Below, piece after piece: positions 1 through 10,312 of a stretch of 64,000 bases of DNA (the stretch's first letter is position 1; each line of letters starts with the position of its first letter). The DNA is taken from contig CAVQFQ010000004.1 of NCBI GenBank assembly GCA_963711835.1, positions 160,001 through 224,000 of the forward strand. The letters are read 5' to 3'. The position numbers and the translations under genes were made by a program. This stretch comes from an uncultured delta proteobacterium. GTDB lineage: Bacteria; Desulfobacterota; RBG-13-43-22. A model generated the notes under the pieces. That model made no database searches and was not told the DNA's origin. It was given only the letters and a program-made list of their open reading frames with translations.

Positions 1-521
1 CTTGCTCCGTCGAGATGGACCGAAAGCCCCTTTGACCTGGCCAAGCGGGAGATCTCGACGATGTTTTCTATCGGATAGATGCTACCGCCCCCTCGGTTAT
101 GGGTATTTTCCAGACAGACCAGCCTTGACACCGGGAAGTGGTGATCAAACGGCCTGAGCGCCTCTTCGACCTGGGAGGCCTCCAGAATTCCTCGAACGCC
201 AGGGAGGCAAAAAAACTGAACACCGGAGAGGGCGGCGCCGGCCCCGCCTTCAAAATTGTAAGGATGGGAAGAAGCCTCGAGGATGACCTCATCGCCGGAC
301 TGGGTCTGGGACTTGATGGCCAACTGATTAGCCATAGTCCCGGAAGGCACGAAAAGTGCCTTCTCCTTACCGAGCATCCGGGCTACTTTTTCCTGAAGGG
401 CATTGATGGTCGGATCTTCCCCAAAGACGTCGTCGCCAACTTCAGCCTCGGCCATGGCTTGGCGCATGGCCGGTGTGGGTTTGGTGACCGTGTCGCTTCT
501 AAGATCGATAAATTCTTTCAT
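1..521 (-). CDS. ltaE: Low-specificity L-threonine aldolase (5' part; runs off the window)
   Basis: Not in the ORF track. Manual translation from ATG 521 gives [69 protein letters not shown], with the DLRSDT and PSGTMAN signatures. Confidence 0.92.
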   Translation of the reverse strand, partial: MKEFIDLRSDTVTKPTPAMRQAMAEAEVGDDVFGEDPTINALQEKVARMLGKEKALFVPSGTMANQLAIKSQTQSGDEVILEASSHPYNFEGGAGAALSGVQFFCLPGVRGILEASQVEEALRPFDHHFPVSRLVCLENTHNRGGGSIYPIENIVEISRLARSKGLSVHLDGA

Positions 522-572
522 GCTATCTCCGGGTTGGAACTATGGGGACAAATAACTAAACCCTCTGATGCC

Positions 573-1406
573 CTACAATCTGGCATTCATCCATTCTATT
601 ATGCAGGTCAAAACCTGCTTTTTCTCCGGTTCATTGTGAACTTCGTGGTAAAAGCCCTCCCAGATTTTTAGGGTGCAGTATTCCCCCGCTTTTAAAGCAA
701 ATTCACGGCTTGCTTGAACAGAAGTCAACAGGTCGGCGCTGCCGTGCATGAGGAGCAAAGGCAGGGGGAACTCAGCGGCGTGATCTAAGGCCCATTTGCC
801 GGTCCTTAGAAGATCGATCCCCAATCGCGCCGAAATGCGGTCGTGGACCAGGGGATCGCTGGTGTAGAGCCGTACCACCTCCGGATCACGGGAGAGGCCC
901 TGTAAATCAAGCCCGTTGGGCATGGAAAAGGCAGGCCACAGGACAGCCATGGTTTTTCCGACCGCCACCTTCAAGACCGGCGGGTCGAAGGCCGGCTTGA
1001 GGGCCGGGGCGGTGGCAATAACTCCGGCTAACCGGGGTTTACGGCGCAGAACGAAATTAATGACGAAATTTCCCCCCAGGCTGTGGCCGTATAGAAAGCA
1101 AGGCCGGTTGGGGTATTGCCGGGCGGCCTCCTCGAGCAGGCGAGCAATGTCATCCATAAAGGCCTCGTAAGAAGGTCCATACCCGCGCTGCCCGGGCGTC
1201 TTGCCGTGCCCGCGCTGGTCGTAGGCCAGGGTGACATACCCGGCCTGTTCAAAGGCCTCTGAAACGTGCCCATAGCGCCCGCTGTGCTCGCCCAGACCAT
1301 GCACCAGGCAAACAACGGCCTTCGTCGGGTCAACCTCCGGCTCCCATCCCTGAGCATAGATGGGTATTCTGTCCCCTGTTTTCCATTCGAATTCAAAGTG
1401 TCTGAT
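573..1406 (-). CDS. Alpha/beta hydrolase, lysophospholipase/monoglyceride lipase family
   Basis: HGLGEHSGRY, DQRGHG, GHSLGG nucleophile elbow, C-terminal YHEVHNE. Family-like sequence extends upstream of the ORF-track start (1304) to an ATC at 1406 preceded by GAGGAGG. Confidence 0.88.
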   Translation of the reverse strand: MRHFEFEWKTGDRIPIYAQGWEPEVDPTKAVVCLVHGLGEHSGRYGHVSEAFEQAGYVTLAYDQRGHGKTPGQRGYGPSYEAFMDDIARLLEEAARQYPNRPCFLYGHSLGGNFVINFVLRRKPRLAGVIATAPALKPAFDPPVLKVAVGKTMAVLWPAFSMPNGLDLQGLSRDPEVVRLYTSDPLVHDRISARLGIDLLRTGKWALDHAAEFPLPLLLMHGSADLLTSVQASREFALKAGEYCTLKIWEGFYHEVHNEPEKKQVLTCIIEWMNARL

Positions 1407-1581
1407 AGGGCCCTCCTCGGTTGCGCATCCCTTTTTAAAATTCGCAGTCTTGTTTCAAGAAGATTTCATTCGAGAGGGACAGTATAAAATAGGGACTACG
1501 CCAGGGGCAAGGAGAAAACGATAAAAGCCCTTTTCCTGTGGCCGGCACAACTGTTCTCCCGCTGCCCAAGAATCAGGTAAC

Positions 1582-1610
1582 TTGACAAGCAAGCTTCAAC
1601 ACCATAAAAT
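1582..1610 (+). promoter_or_regulatory. Sigma70-type promoter for the TA cluster
   Basis: TTGACA (1582-1587), 17-nt spacer, TAAAAT (1605-1610), just upstream of the ATG at 1644. Confidence 0.7.
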
Positions 1611-1643
1611 AAAGCTACTTTTTTAATTCTTGAGGAAAATAAT

Positions 1644-1856
1644 ATGGATATGAAATTAACGGCTGTTTTTCAAAAAGTTCCGGAGGGATATATTGGCTTC
1701 GTTGAAGAACTCCCGAGAGCGAATACTCAAGGAAATACCCTTGAAGAAGCCCGGGCAAACCTTCGTGAAGCTGTTCGTCTTGTATTGGGAGCCAACCGCC
1801 TTCTCGCAGAGGGGTCAGTTCAAGGGTCACGAAAAATCTCAAAAGAGGAGGTTTAA
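1644..1856 (+). CDS. HicB-family antitoxin (no adjacent hicA)
   Basis: GYIGFVEELPRANTQGNTLEEARANLREAV matches the HicB xPGxxTQGxTLEEAxxNLxEA pattern. Confidence 0.85.
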   Translation: MDMKLTAVFQKVPEGYIGFVEELPRANTQGNTLEEARANLREAVRLVLGANRLLAEGSVQGSRKISKEEV

Positions 1857-2093
1857 TTGCAAGTTGAAAATCTAATAAATCGAATAACAGCAAGCCCCGA
1901 GGTGTTGGTCGGCAAACCGATCATTCGGGGGTTGAGAATCTCAGTTGATCAGATCTTAAAAGCACTGGCAGGAGGAATTACGGTTGAGGAATTACTGGAG
2001 GATTATCCTGAATTGGGAAAAGAAGACATCCAGGCAGCTTTGCTTTATGCTTCAAACCTAATAAATGAAGAACGGGGGTTTGCCATCAGCTAA
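1857..2093 (+). CDS. DUF433 protein (VapB45-like antitoxin)
   Basis: RITASPEVLVGKPIIRGLRISV...LLEDYPELGKEDIQAALLYA. Confidence 0.88.
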   Translation: MQVENLINRITASPEVLVGKPIIRGLRISVDQILKALAGGITVEELLEDYPELGKEDIQAALLYASNLINEERGFAIS

Positions 2094-2112
2094 GATTCCC
2101 GAAGGATTGAGC

Positions 2113-2169
2113 GTGAAATTTTTAGTCGAGGTCGGGGTTGGCAAGAAGGTTGATGAGTTCATAAATTAA
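2113..2169 (+). pseudogene. Truncated DUF5615 (VapC45-like PIN) toxin remnant
   Basis: GTG-MKFLVEVGVGKKVDEFIN* directly after DUF433; resembles the MKFLVD N-terminus of DUF5615 proteins but stops after 18 codons. Confidence 0.6.
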
Positions 2170-2205
2170 TCGGTTTTTAGTTCATAGTAAAAGGGGTGAA
2201 ACTTT

Positions 2206-2415
2206 ATGATTTACCGGATCGTTATTGAAAAAGGGGAAGACTTCGGATATGTGGCCCATTGCCCTGCCATACCGGGATGCCATTCCCAAGGTGAGACAAT
2301 GGATGAGGCCATAGAAAATATAAAAGATGCGATTCGGGGCTGTGTCGAAGCTTTGGATGAAGCCTTGATTCCCCCCACGACCCAACAACTTACCTTCGTT
2401 GAAGTTTCCGTGTAA
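2206..2415 (+). CDS. hicB: HicB-family antitoxin
   Basis: GYVAHCPAIPGCHSQGETMDEAIENIKDAI; stop overlaps the hicA start (TAATG). Confidence 0.9.
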   Translation: MIYRIVIEKGEDFGYVAHCPAIPGCHSQGETMDEAIENIKDAIRGCVEALDEALIPPTTQQLTFVEVSV

Positions 2416-2645
2416 TGTCTCCTTTGCCTTCGATATCAGGTAAAGCCGCTATAAGGGCCTTCCAAAAAGCCGGTTGGGAAATTAAAAGAATTGGCAGTTC
2501 GCGGCATGTAATCATGAAAAAAGAAGGATCAATAATAACCCTGTCCATCCCGGATCATAGAGTCCTCGATCGAGGTTTGCTGAGATCCCTTATTCGAGAC
2601 GCCTTTCTTTCAGTGGAAGAATTTTGTGAGTTCTTGCAGGATTAA
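2415..2645 (+). CDS. hicA: HicA-family mRNA interferase toxin
   Basis: LPSISGKAAIRAFQKAGW...SSRHVIMKK...LSIPDHRVLDRGLLRSLIRDAFLSVEEF. Confidence 0.9.
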   Translation: MSPLPSISGKAAIRAFQKAGWEIKRIGSSRHVIMKKEGSIITLSIPDHRVLDRGLLRSLIRDAFLSVEEFCEFLQD

Positions 2646-2713
2646 TTGATCGACTACATCCTCCTGACGATCACCTCAAACTCCCCATCCTCTTCATTCT
2701 CCGGCAAAAAAGA

Positions 2714-2766
2714 AGCGCAGCAAGGGATCCCGCCCTGATAGCCCCGCGGAAAGGCCGGCCAGGCCC
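2714..2766. repeat. 53-bp direct repeat, copy 1
   Basis: 48/53 ungapped identity to 3607-3659. Confidence 0.9.
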
Positions 2767-2879
2767 TGGCCTTGACTCCCTGGGAGTATGCTGATAAGAG
2801 GAGGGGTAAGGGCAATTCGTCCCAGGTGGATCGCTGAGCCTTTTTCAGCAACCTCTTAAGAAATCGATTGAGCCTTATC

Positions 2880-3566
2880 ATGACCGAACCTCAATTTGAA
2901 TCCTTAGATCAGATGGCCGAGACCACGGCCTCGGCCTTGTCTCAGACCTGTGCCCATTTCGCTTTCGAACTGTTTCAAAAGGCACCCTTCCGGCGGGAGG
3001 CCCGGTTCGAGAAGCTAAATCAGGTGGAGCAGGACCGGATCTTTAATGAGTTGGTTGTGGCCCACCTGGTTCTCACCATGCTCATCCTGGAGGCCCCGGA
3101 TCTCCGAGTTGCCCAGGAGTTCCACGGTTATCTCAGGAATCTGAACCAGAAAATCCCCAAGAGCTATGTGGAACAGTTAAGTACCCTGGGGGTGGAAGCC
3201 GAATATCTTAAGGACTGGGATAAGCTGATTGCCCTGCGCTACGAAGAATACGCCCGGGACCGGCATGAGGTGCGGGCCGCGGCCATGGAGCTTGAATCGG
3301 CGGAAAAACCTCTTGATCTGGAGGATCTGTCCAAGATCCAACTGCTCGTTCCGGTTCAAGCCGTGGCCATTGGCTGTCACCACCATATCTGCCGGGGAGA
3401 GACCCAGGGGCGGGATGACTTATTCAAGGTAATCCTGGAATCGTTGTCGCAGTTCTATGTCCAATTCCGAGTTCGATTCGAGGGCGGCAAGATCACCCCC
3501 TTGACCCGGGCCAAAGTGGCCTTGAAAAAAGCCATCCGCCGGAAAAAGAAGAAAAAGAAAAAATAG
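2880..3566 (+). CDS. Hypothetical helical protein with C-terminal poly-Lys tail
   Basis: 228-aa ORF with protein-like composition, GCHHHIC motif, ends RRKKKKKKK; no family recognised. Confidence 0.7.
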   Translation: MTEPQFESLDQMAETTASALSQTCAHFAFELFQKAPFRREARFEKLNQVEQDRIFNELVVAHLVLTMLILEAPDLRVAQEFHGYLRNLNQKIPKSYVEQLSTLGVEAEYLKDWDKLIALRYEEYARDRHEVRAAAMELESAEKPLDLEDLSKIQLLVPVQAVAIGCHHHICRGETQGRDDLFKVILESLSQFYVQFRVRFEGGKITPLTRAKVALKKAIRRKKKKKKK

Positions 3567-3606
3567 GCGTCATTGGTAAGATCCTTTCCTTTGTCTACAG
3601 ACCCAT

Positions 3607-3659
3607 AGCGCAGCAGGGAATCCCGCCCTGGTAGCCCCGGGGAAAAGCCGGCCAGGCCC
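3607..3659. repeat. 53-bp direct repeat, copy 2
   Basis: 48/53 ungapped identity to 2714-2766. Confidence 0.9.
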
Positions 3660-3785
3660 GGATCTGCTTGACCTTGCAAATTCTTGCCTAAGCCTGTGGA
3701 CCTTGTAAGGGGATTAAAGTAAAGGTTCACTTAAGGCCCATTTTATAATAGGATTAAGTTAAAATTTTGAAGGGAGGAATTAACC

Positions 3786-5284
<1,499 letters not shown>

Positions 5285-5395
5285 TCAAAGGATACCCATT
5301 TCTTAGAGGTATAGAGCATTATAGCCGTAACCAAAGCAGCGAGTCACTACCAGCCTGTCGAATCTTGTCAGTTACAAAGAAGATTTGAAAGTCTT

Positions 5396-5448
5396 TTTGC
5401 CACGGACCCACGCAGACAAAAGTGGACGATTATTTTTGCCTGTTCGAC
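5396..5448. repeat. Solo arm of the MITE-like element at 35822-36025
   Basis: 47/53 identity to the reverse complement of 35973-36025; all differences are transitions. Confidence 0.85.
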
Positions 5449-5484
5449 ATATTTCTTGGAAAAAAGTCAAACCAAGCCAAATGG

Positions 5485-5676
5485 TTATAGGGTTGGTTCG
5501 GACTTCCCGGTAAAAAAGTGGATCAAAAAGTCGCAGTCTTTGGGGGAGAGATCAAAATTTTTACCGGCCTCCTCTATCAGCGTGACCAGGGATGCCCCAG
5601 GGGCGGATTCCCGCTGTTCGCTGATCCAGCGGACGGCCTTGCGCAGGATGGAGCCTTCAGGCAACTTAACGGTCAT
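5485..5676 (-). CDS. Small conserved hypothetical protein
   Basis: PEGSILRKAVRWISE...LIEEAGKNFDLSPKDCDFL; purine-rich AAAGGAG upstream. Confidence 0.7.
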   Translation of the reverse strand: MTVKLPEGSILRKAVRWISEQRESAPGASLVTLIEEAGKNFDLSPKDCDFLIHFFTGKSEPTL

Positions 5677-5761
5677 AAGCTATTCGGGTTCTCCTTTACC
5701 AAGAATGGGCCGGATCCCAAGACCCGGATAGGTTTCAACAACATGGGAATCCTTGGACCTT

Positions 5762-5789
5762 CAGGCCATCGGCCTTAGCCGATGGCCTG
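5762..5789. repeat. Perfect 12-bp hairpin downstream of the enoyl-CoA hydratase
   Basis: CAGGCCATCGGC-ctta-GCCGATGGCCTG; no U-tract. Confidence 0.7.
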
Positions 5790-5792
5790 TGA

Positions 5793-6557
5793 TTAGGCTT
5801 CCTTCCAAACCGGTTTCCTCTTATCCAAAAAGGCCCTCAGGCCTTCTTCGGCATCCCGGGTCTTCATCAATTCTTTCAGATAGATCTTCTCGATGGCCTG
5901 CAGCCCCTGTTCAGCCGGGTCCATCAACCCGGCCAGGAAGGCCTTTTTGGTCAGGGCCAGGACCAAACCGCTTAAGGGTAAAAATTTTTCTAAAAATTTT
6001 TGGAGCTCTTCTTCCAGTTGGTCAGCCGGGACGACTTTATTGATCAGCCCCAGTGAAAGGGCCTCCTGGGCCTTAATGGTTTCTCCGGAGAGGACCAGCT
6101 CCAGGGCCTTCTTTCGAGCCGTCAGCCGGGGAAAAATTAAAGCGGCTATAGGCGGGAAGACGCCCACCTGAATTTCGGGCTGTCCGAATTTGGCCTTTTC
6201 CGAGGCAATCACCAGGTCGCAATACAAGGCCAGTTCACAGCCCCCCCCCAGGGCCGCGCCCTGGACCGAGGCCACGGAGACAGCCGGTAAGGCATCCATA
6301 CGCCGGAAGATGCCGTGGAAGACTTCAATCATTTCCTCCACCTGGTCCCCCAAATGCTCGCCCACATCCACCCCGGCGGAAAAGGCCCTGCCGGCAGCCT
6401 TAAAGAGCAAGAGTTTTATTTTTTCATTTTTTAAACCATCCAAGGCCTGGTTGATTTCTTTCATCATGGCGATGTTAAGTACATTGAGCGGTTCCCGGTT
6501 CAAGGTAATAACGGCCAAGCCGTCTTTCAAATCGGTTTGAATGTGCTGATACGACAT
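5793..6557 (-). CDS. Enoyl-CoA hydratase/isomerase, resembling cyclohexa-1,5-dienecarbonyl-CoA hydratase (Dch)
   Basis: FSAGVDVGEH, ALGGGCELA, FGQPEIQVGVFPP, IEKIYLKELMKTRDAEEGL. Confidence 0.85.
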   Translation of the reverse strand: MSYQHIQTDLKDGLAVITLNREPLNVLNIAMMKEINQALDGLKNEKIKLLLFKAAGRAFSAGVDVGEHLGDQVEEMIEVFHGIFRRMDALPAVSVASVQGAALGGGCELALYCDLVIASEKAKFGQPEIQVGVFPPIAALIFPRLTARKKALELVLSGETIKAQEALSLGLINKVVPADQLEEELQKFLEKFLPLSGLVLALTKKAFLAGLMDPAEQGLQAIEKIYLKELMKTRDAEEGLRAFLDKRKPVWKEA

Positions 6558-6603
6558 GTGCTCCTCCTTATGAATTCTTTTTTCTTTTCTCTTCGATCCC
6601 GGA

Positions 6604-7690
6604 TTACTTATTTTTCAACCATAAAAAGGCTTCGATAAAGGGATCAAGGCCGCCGTTGAGGACCTCGTCCACATTCCCTATTTCCAACTGGGTCCTGTGG
6701 TCCTTGACCAGGCGATAAGGGGCCAGGGTATAGGAACGGATCTGGCTTCCCCAGGCAATCTCGGCCTGGCCCTCGTGGATGCTCTTCTTCTTTTCCTCTT
6801 TTTTTTCCATTTCCTGCTCGTAAAGCCTGGACTTTAAGACCTTGAAGGCCATATCCTTATTTCGATGCTGGGACTTCTCGTTCTGGCATTGAACCACAAT
6901 GCCCGTCGGAAGATGGGTCAGCCGTACGGCCGAACTGGTTTTGTTGACATGCTGCCCCCCGGCACCGCTGGCCCGGAAGGTATCTACCCGGACATCGGCT
7001 TCGTTTATTTCGATCAGGATATCGTCTTCTATCTCGGGATAGACAAAAACCGAAGCAAACGAGGTATGCCGCCGCCCTCCGGCGTCAAAGGGAGAGATGC
7101 GGACCAGGCGATGGATCCCGGTCTCGGAACGCAGATAGCCGAAGGCATATTTCCCTTCCACGGTAAAGGTCACGCTTTTAAGACCGGCTTCATCCCCGGG
7201 CAGGCTGTCAATGATCTCGGCCTTAAACCCTCGCCGCTCGGCCCAACGCAGGTACATGCGCAGCAGCATTTCAGCCCAGTCCTGAGCCTCGGTCCCTCCG
7301 GCGCCGGCATGGATGGCCATGATGGCATTATTGATATCCTCTTCCCCGGAGAGCAGTTTATTGAATTCCATCCGGGATAAAAGCTTTCCCAGTTCCTGCA
7401 AGCGGACCTGGACCTCTTTCAAGGTTTCCTGGTCCTCTTCAGCCACAGCCAAATCATGCAGGATCTCGGCCTCTTCCAATCGGGTCCGGGTCTGCTCCCA
7501 TTCCCCCAGAATTTGATTTAGTTTTCCCCGTTCCTTCAACAGCACCCTGGCCTGGTCGGGATTCTCCCAGAAATTTTCCTGGCCGACCGCCTTTTCCAGG
7601 GCCATCAATCGCTCCCGTTTGGCGGACAGGTCAAAGATAGTCCCCCAATTTCAACAATTTCTCTTTGGAGCGGTTGATTTCTTCTCTCAT
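6604..7690 (-). CDS. prfB: Peptide chain release factor 2 with programmed +1 frameshift
   Basis: MREEINRSKEKLLKLGDYL then CTT TGA C at 7630-7636; the shifted frame contains SPF and GGQ; 361 aa in total. Confidence 0.97.
7630..7646 (-). promoter_or_regulatory. prfB autoregulatory frameshift site
   Basis: GGGGGACTATCTTTGAC: internal SD-like G-run followed by CUUUGAC. Confidence 0.93.
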
Positions 7691-7764
7691 TTTAATAATC
7701 CTTTCTCTTGAAATGGCATCGCGGGACACCTTACTGGAAGCAAGGGGCTGTTTCTGGATGACCT

Positions 7765-9318
7765 CTACTTGTTGGCGAGCCGCTTCCTTCGCTTGATCCA
7801 GCGCCAAGCCCCCCAAAAATAGATCAGGGTGCAGAACAGGAGGATAAGATCTCCGTAACGGGTATAAAAGCTGAGCCCCGGACGCAGGGGAATTATAGCA
7901 TGAATCCCTCCCCTTTGAAACAGGGGATAGGTCTGGCGAATACTTCCGGTTGAATCAATAAAGGCGCTTATTCCGGTGTTGGCGGCCCGGGCCACCCAGA
8001 CCCGGTTTTCAACGGCTCTGAAGGTCAGCATGGAAAGGTGCTGAAAAGGGGCGGAAGTCCTGCCGAACCAGGCATCGTTGGTCAGGTTGACCAGCAGGGT
8101 GCAGCCCTCCTGTTTTAAAGCCCGGCTCAGTTCAGGGAAAATGGTTTCAAAACAGATCAAAACCCCTACCTTCCCCTTGGGAAAGGATAGTCCGTAGCAC
8201 CCTTCCCCCGGACTGAAATCCCCAATGGCCTGGACCATTTTTCCCACAAAAGGCAAAAACCTTTTCAAAGGGACATATTCCCCAAAGGGAACCAGGTGGA
8301 CCTTGTCATAAAAACTTATTCGTCCTTCCGGGCTTAAAAGATAGGCCCGGTTATAATACTGGATTTGTCCCTGCCGATGCCCGAAAGCCGGACTCCCGAA
8401 TAAAAGATGACTCCCGGTTTCTCGGGTCAGATCAAAGAGCCGGGGAGTAAGACGATTTTCATTTAAAAAATAAAAGGGAACGGCTGTTTCCGGCCAGATC
8501 ATAAGGTCTGAATCAAGATCGTCCTTTAGAGAAAGGGCCCGGTAAATCCGGATGGTTTGTTCCTGAAAGGCCGGATCCCACTTCAGAGACTGGTCGATAT
8601 TGCCCTGGAGAACCGCTACCTTGGCGGTCTCGGCGCCCTTATCCTTTTCTTTTTGCAGGGTCATGGACTGGAACCCAAAACCAAGGACCAGGACTACCAG
8701 CCCCCCGGTAAAAAGAATTTCTCTCCATTTTTGGGACCAGGACCGAGAGGCAGAGCCGGCCAAAAAACATTGAAACAGGGTTTGGTTAACCAGGACAATC
8801 AAGAAAGAAATACCTAAAACACCGGTTATTTCAGTTATCTGAATGATAGGCAACCAATTATATTGAGAATACCCCAATAAGGCCCAGGGAAAACCGGTCA
8901 GCAGTTTAGCCCTGAGACCCTCCAAACCCACCCAGACGGCCGGGGCCCAGAGCAGGGAAAAGAAGCTGTTGGCCGGGAACAAACCCCAGAGCCAAGCGAA
9001 GGCTCCCAGATAAAGGGCCAGGTAAAAAACCATCAAACATAAAATGGATAAACTGGTCAGGGTATTCAGGCCCCCGTAGTAGCGCATGGAATGGGTGACC
9101 CAGTAAAAAATCCCGAACCCGGAAACCAGGCCGGCCAGAGTACCCAGCCGAAACCGTCTTGGGCCAGATTCCTGTTCTATGGCTTTAAAAAATGGAAGGA
9201 AGGCGAACCAGGCCAGGAAAGACCAGGAGATTTTCGGAAAGGAAAGGATCAATAAAAGGGAGCCGGCCAGCAACAGACCGCAGGCTCGGAGATCTTTATT
9301 CCGTAAAGAAAGGGCCAT
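7765..9318 (-). CDS. lnt: Apolipoprotein N-acyltransferase
   Basis: TGFPW, QGNI, WPET, KVHLVPFGEY, ICFE, TNDAWF, RAANTG. Confidence 0.96.
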   Translation of the reverse strand: MALSLRNKDLRACGLLLAGSLLLILSFPKISWSFLAWFAFLPFFKAIEQESGPRRFRLGTLAGLVSGFGIFYWVTHSMRYYGGLNTLTSLSILCLMVFYLALYLGAFAWLWGLFPANSFFSLLWAPAVWVGLEGLRAKLLTGFPWALLGYSQYNWLPIIQITEITGVLGISFLIVLVNQTLFQCFLAGSASRSWSQKWREILFTGGLVVLVLGFGFQSMTLQKEKDKGAETAKVAVLQGNIDQSLKWDPAFQEQTIRIYRALSLKDDLDSDLMIWPETAVPFYFLNENRLTPRLFDLTRETGSHLLFGSPAFGHRQGQIQYYNRAYLLSPEGRISFYDKVHLVPFGEYVPLKRFLPFVGKMVQAIGDFSPGEGCYGLSFPKGKVGVLICFETIFPELSRALKQEGCTLLVNLTNDAWFGRTSAPFQHLSMLTFRAVENRVWVARAANTGISAFIDSTGSIRQTYPLFQRGGIHAIIPLRPGLSFYTRYGDLILLFCTLIYFWGAWRWIKRRKRLANK

Positions 9319-9391
9319 CAGGTTGAGTTATTCTCGGTTCAGGTTCGATTGGCTCCCTTGGGAGGCCCCTTTTATATCCGCAGAATGGCGT

Positions 9392-9991
9392 CTAACCGAC
9401 CCGATCTTTCTGGTAATAGGCCAAATAACGAAAAACCCGGGCCAGGTAGTTACGGGTGTCCTTGAAAGGGGGGATTCCTTTATGGCGGGAAACCCGGCCG
9501 GGTCCCGCATTATAGGCTGCCAGGGCCAAGTGCTGGTCGCCTTCAAAATTTTTCAGCAGGTCCCGCAGATATCGAACTCCCCCGTCGATATTATACTTGG
9601 GATTAAAAGGATCCTTGACCCCTAATTCTCTGGCGGTGATAGGATCTAACTGCATCAGTCCTATGGCCCCCTTGGGGGAAATGGCCCAGGGATCGAACTG
9701 CGATTCGGCATGAATCACAGCCTTGACCAGGGCCGGATCTAAGGAATACTTGCGGCAGGCGACCTTGATCCAGTGATCATACGTGGAAACAGAATCTTGT
9801 AGTTCCTGGTAGGTGAGGGCTGGAGAAGCAGCCTTCTCTTCCTTTTGAATGGTCTCCCGGATGGTTCCATCCAGGCCCGGGCTGTTCTCCAGTTGGGCCT
9901 GGGCCGGACGGAAAAAGAAAGACCCGACTAAGCTCATGACCGCCAAAATAAAAATCCCGATATAGGGATATCTTTTTTTTAAGTACCACAT
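9392..9991 (-). CDS. Lytic transglycosylase (SLT domain)
   Basis: AVIHAESQF, SPKGAIGLMQL, ALAAYNAG; N-terminal hydrophobic segment. Confidence 0.9.
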   Translation of the reverse strand: MWYLKKRYPYIGIFILAVMSLVGSFFFRPAQAQLENSPGLDGTIRETIQKEEKAASPALTYQELQDSVSTYDHWIKVACRKYSLDPALVKAVIHAESQFDPWAISPKGAIGLMQLDPITARELGVKDPFNPKYNIDGGVRYLRDLLKNFEGDQHLALAAYNAGPGRVSRHKGIPPFKDTRNYLARVFRYLAYYQKDRVG

Positions 9992-10312
9992 AACAACCAC
10001 CACCCTCTTTACTTCTTTGTCTGCTTAGCCTGCTCCTCCGGATAGGCGGGCAGGGCAACCAATCAAAGGAGAGCAGACCAAGGATCAGGGGAAACATCAG
10101 GTTTTGTACCAGACTCAGGTAGGTTCGCTGGCTATTCATTAGGAATCCCCAAAAGGTTTTTTTGAAGGGTTAATTATACCCCATTAGTCAGAAAAAAGTC
10201 AATCCTTATTTACCTATTTTTCACAAGTTCACTAATACATGTACCCATATTTATTTGGATCTATTCGGAAAAACGGACTGATGGCGGAAAGGATAAGTCG
10301 GCTGAACCGGTC

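Noticed and set aside
138-671. 177-aa plus-strand ORF
   Set aside because: Antisense shadow of ltaE.
2736-2741. TGA versus TGG between the repeat copies as a selenocysteine sign
   Set aside because: TGA is followed at once by TAG in both copies, and the change is synonymous (TAT/TAC) in the minus-strand frame.
1644-3700. Integron cassette array
   Set aside because: No attC-like RYYYAAC...GTTRRRY palindromes recognised and no integrase in the window.
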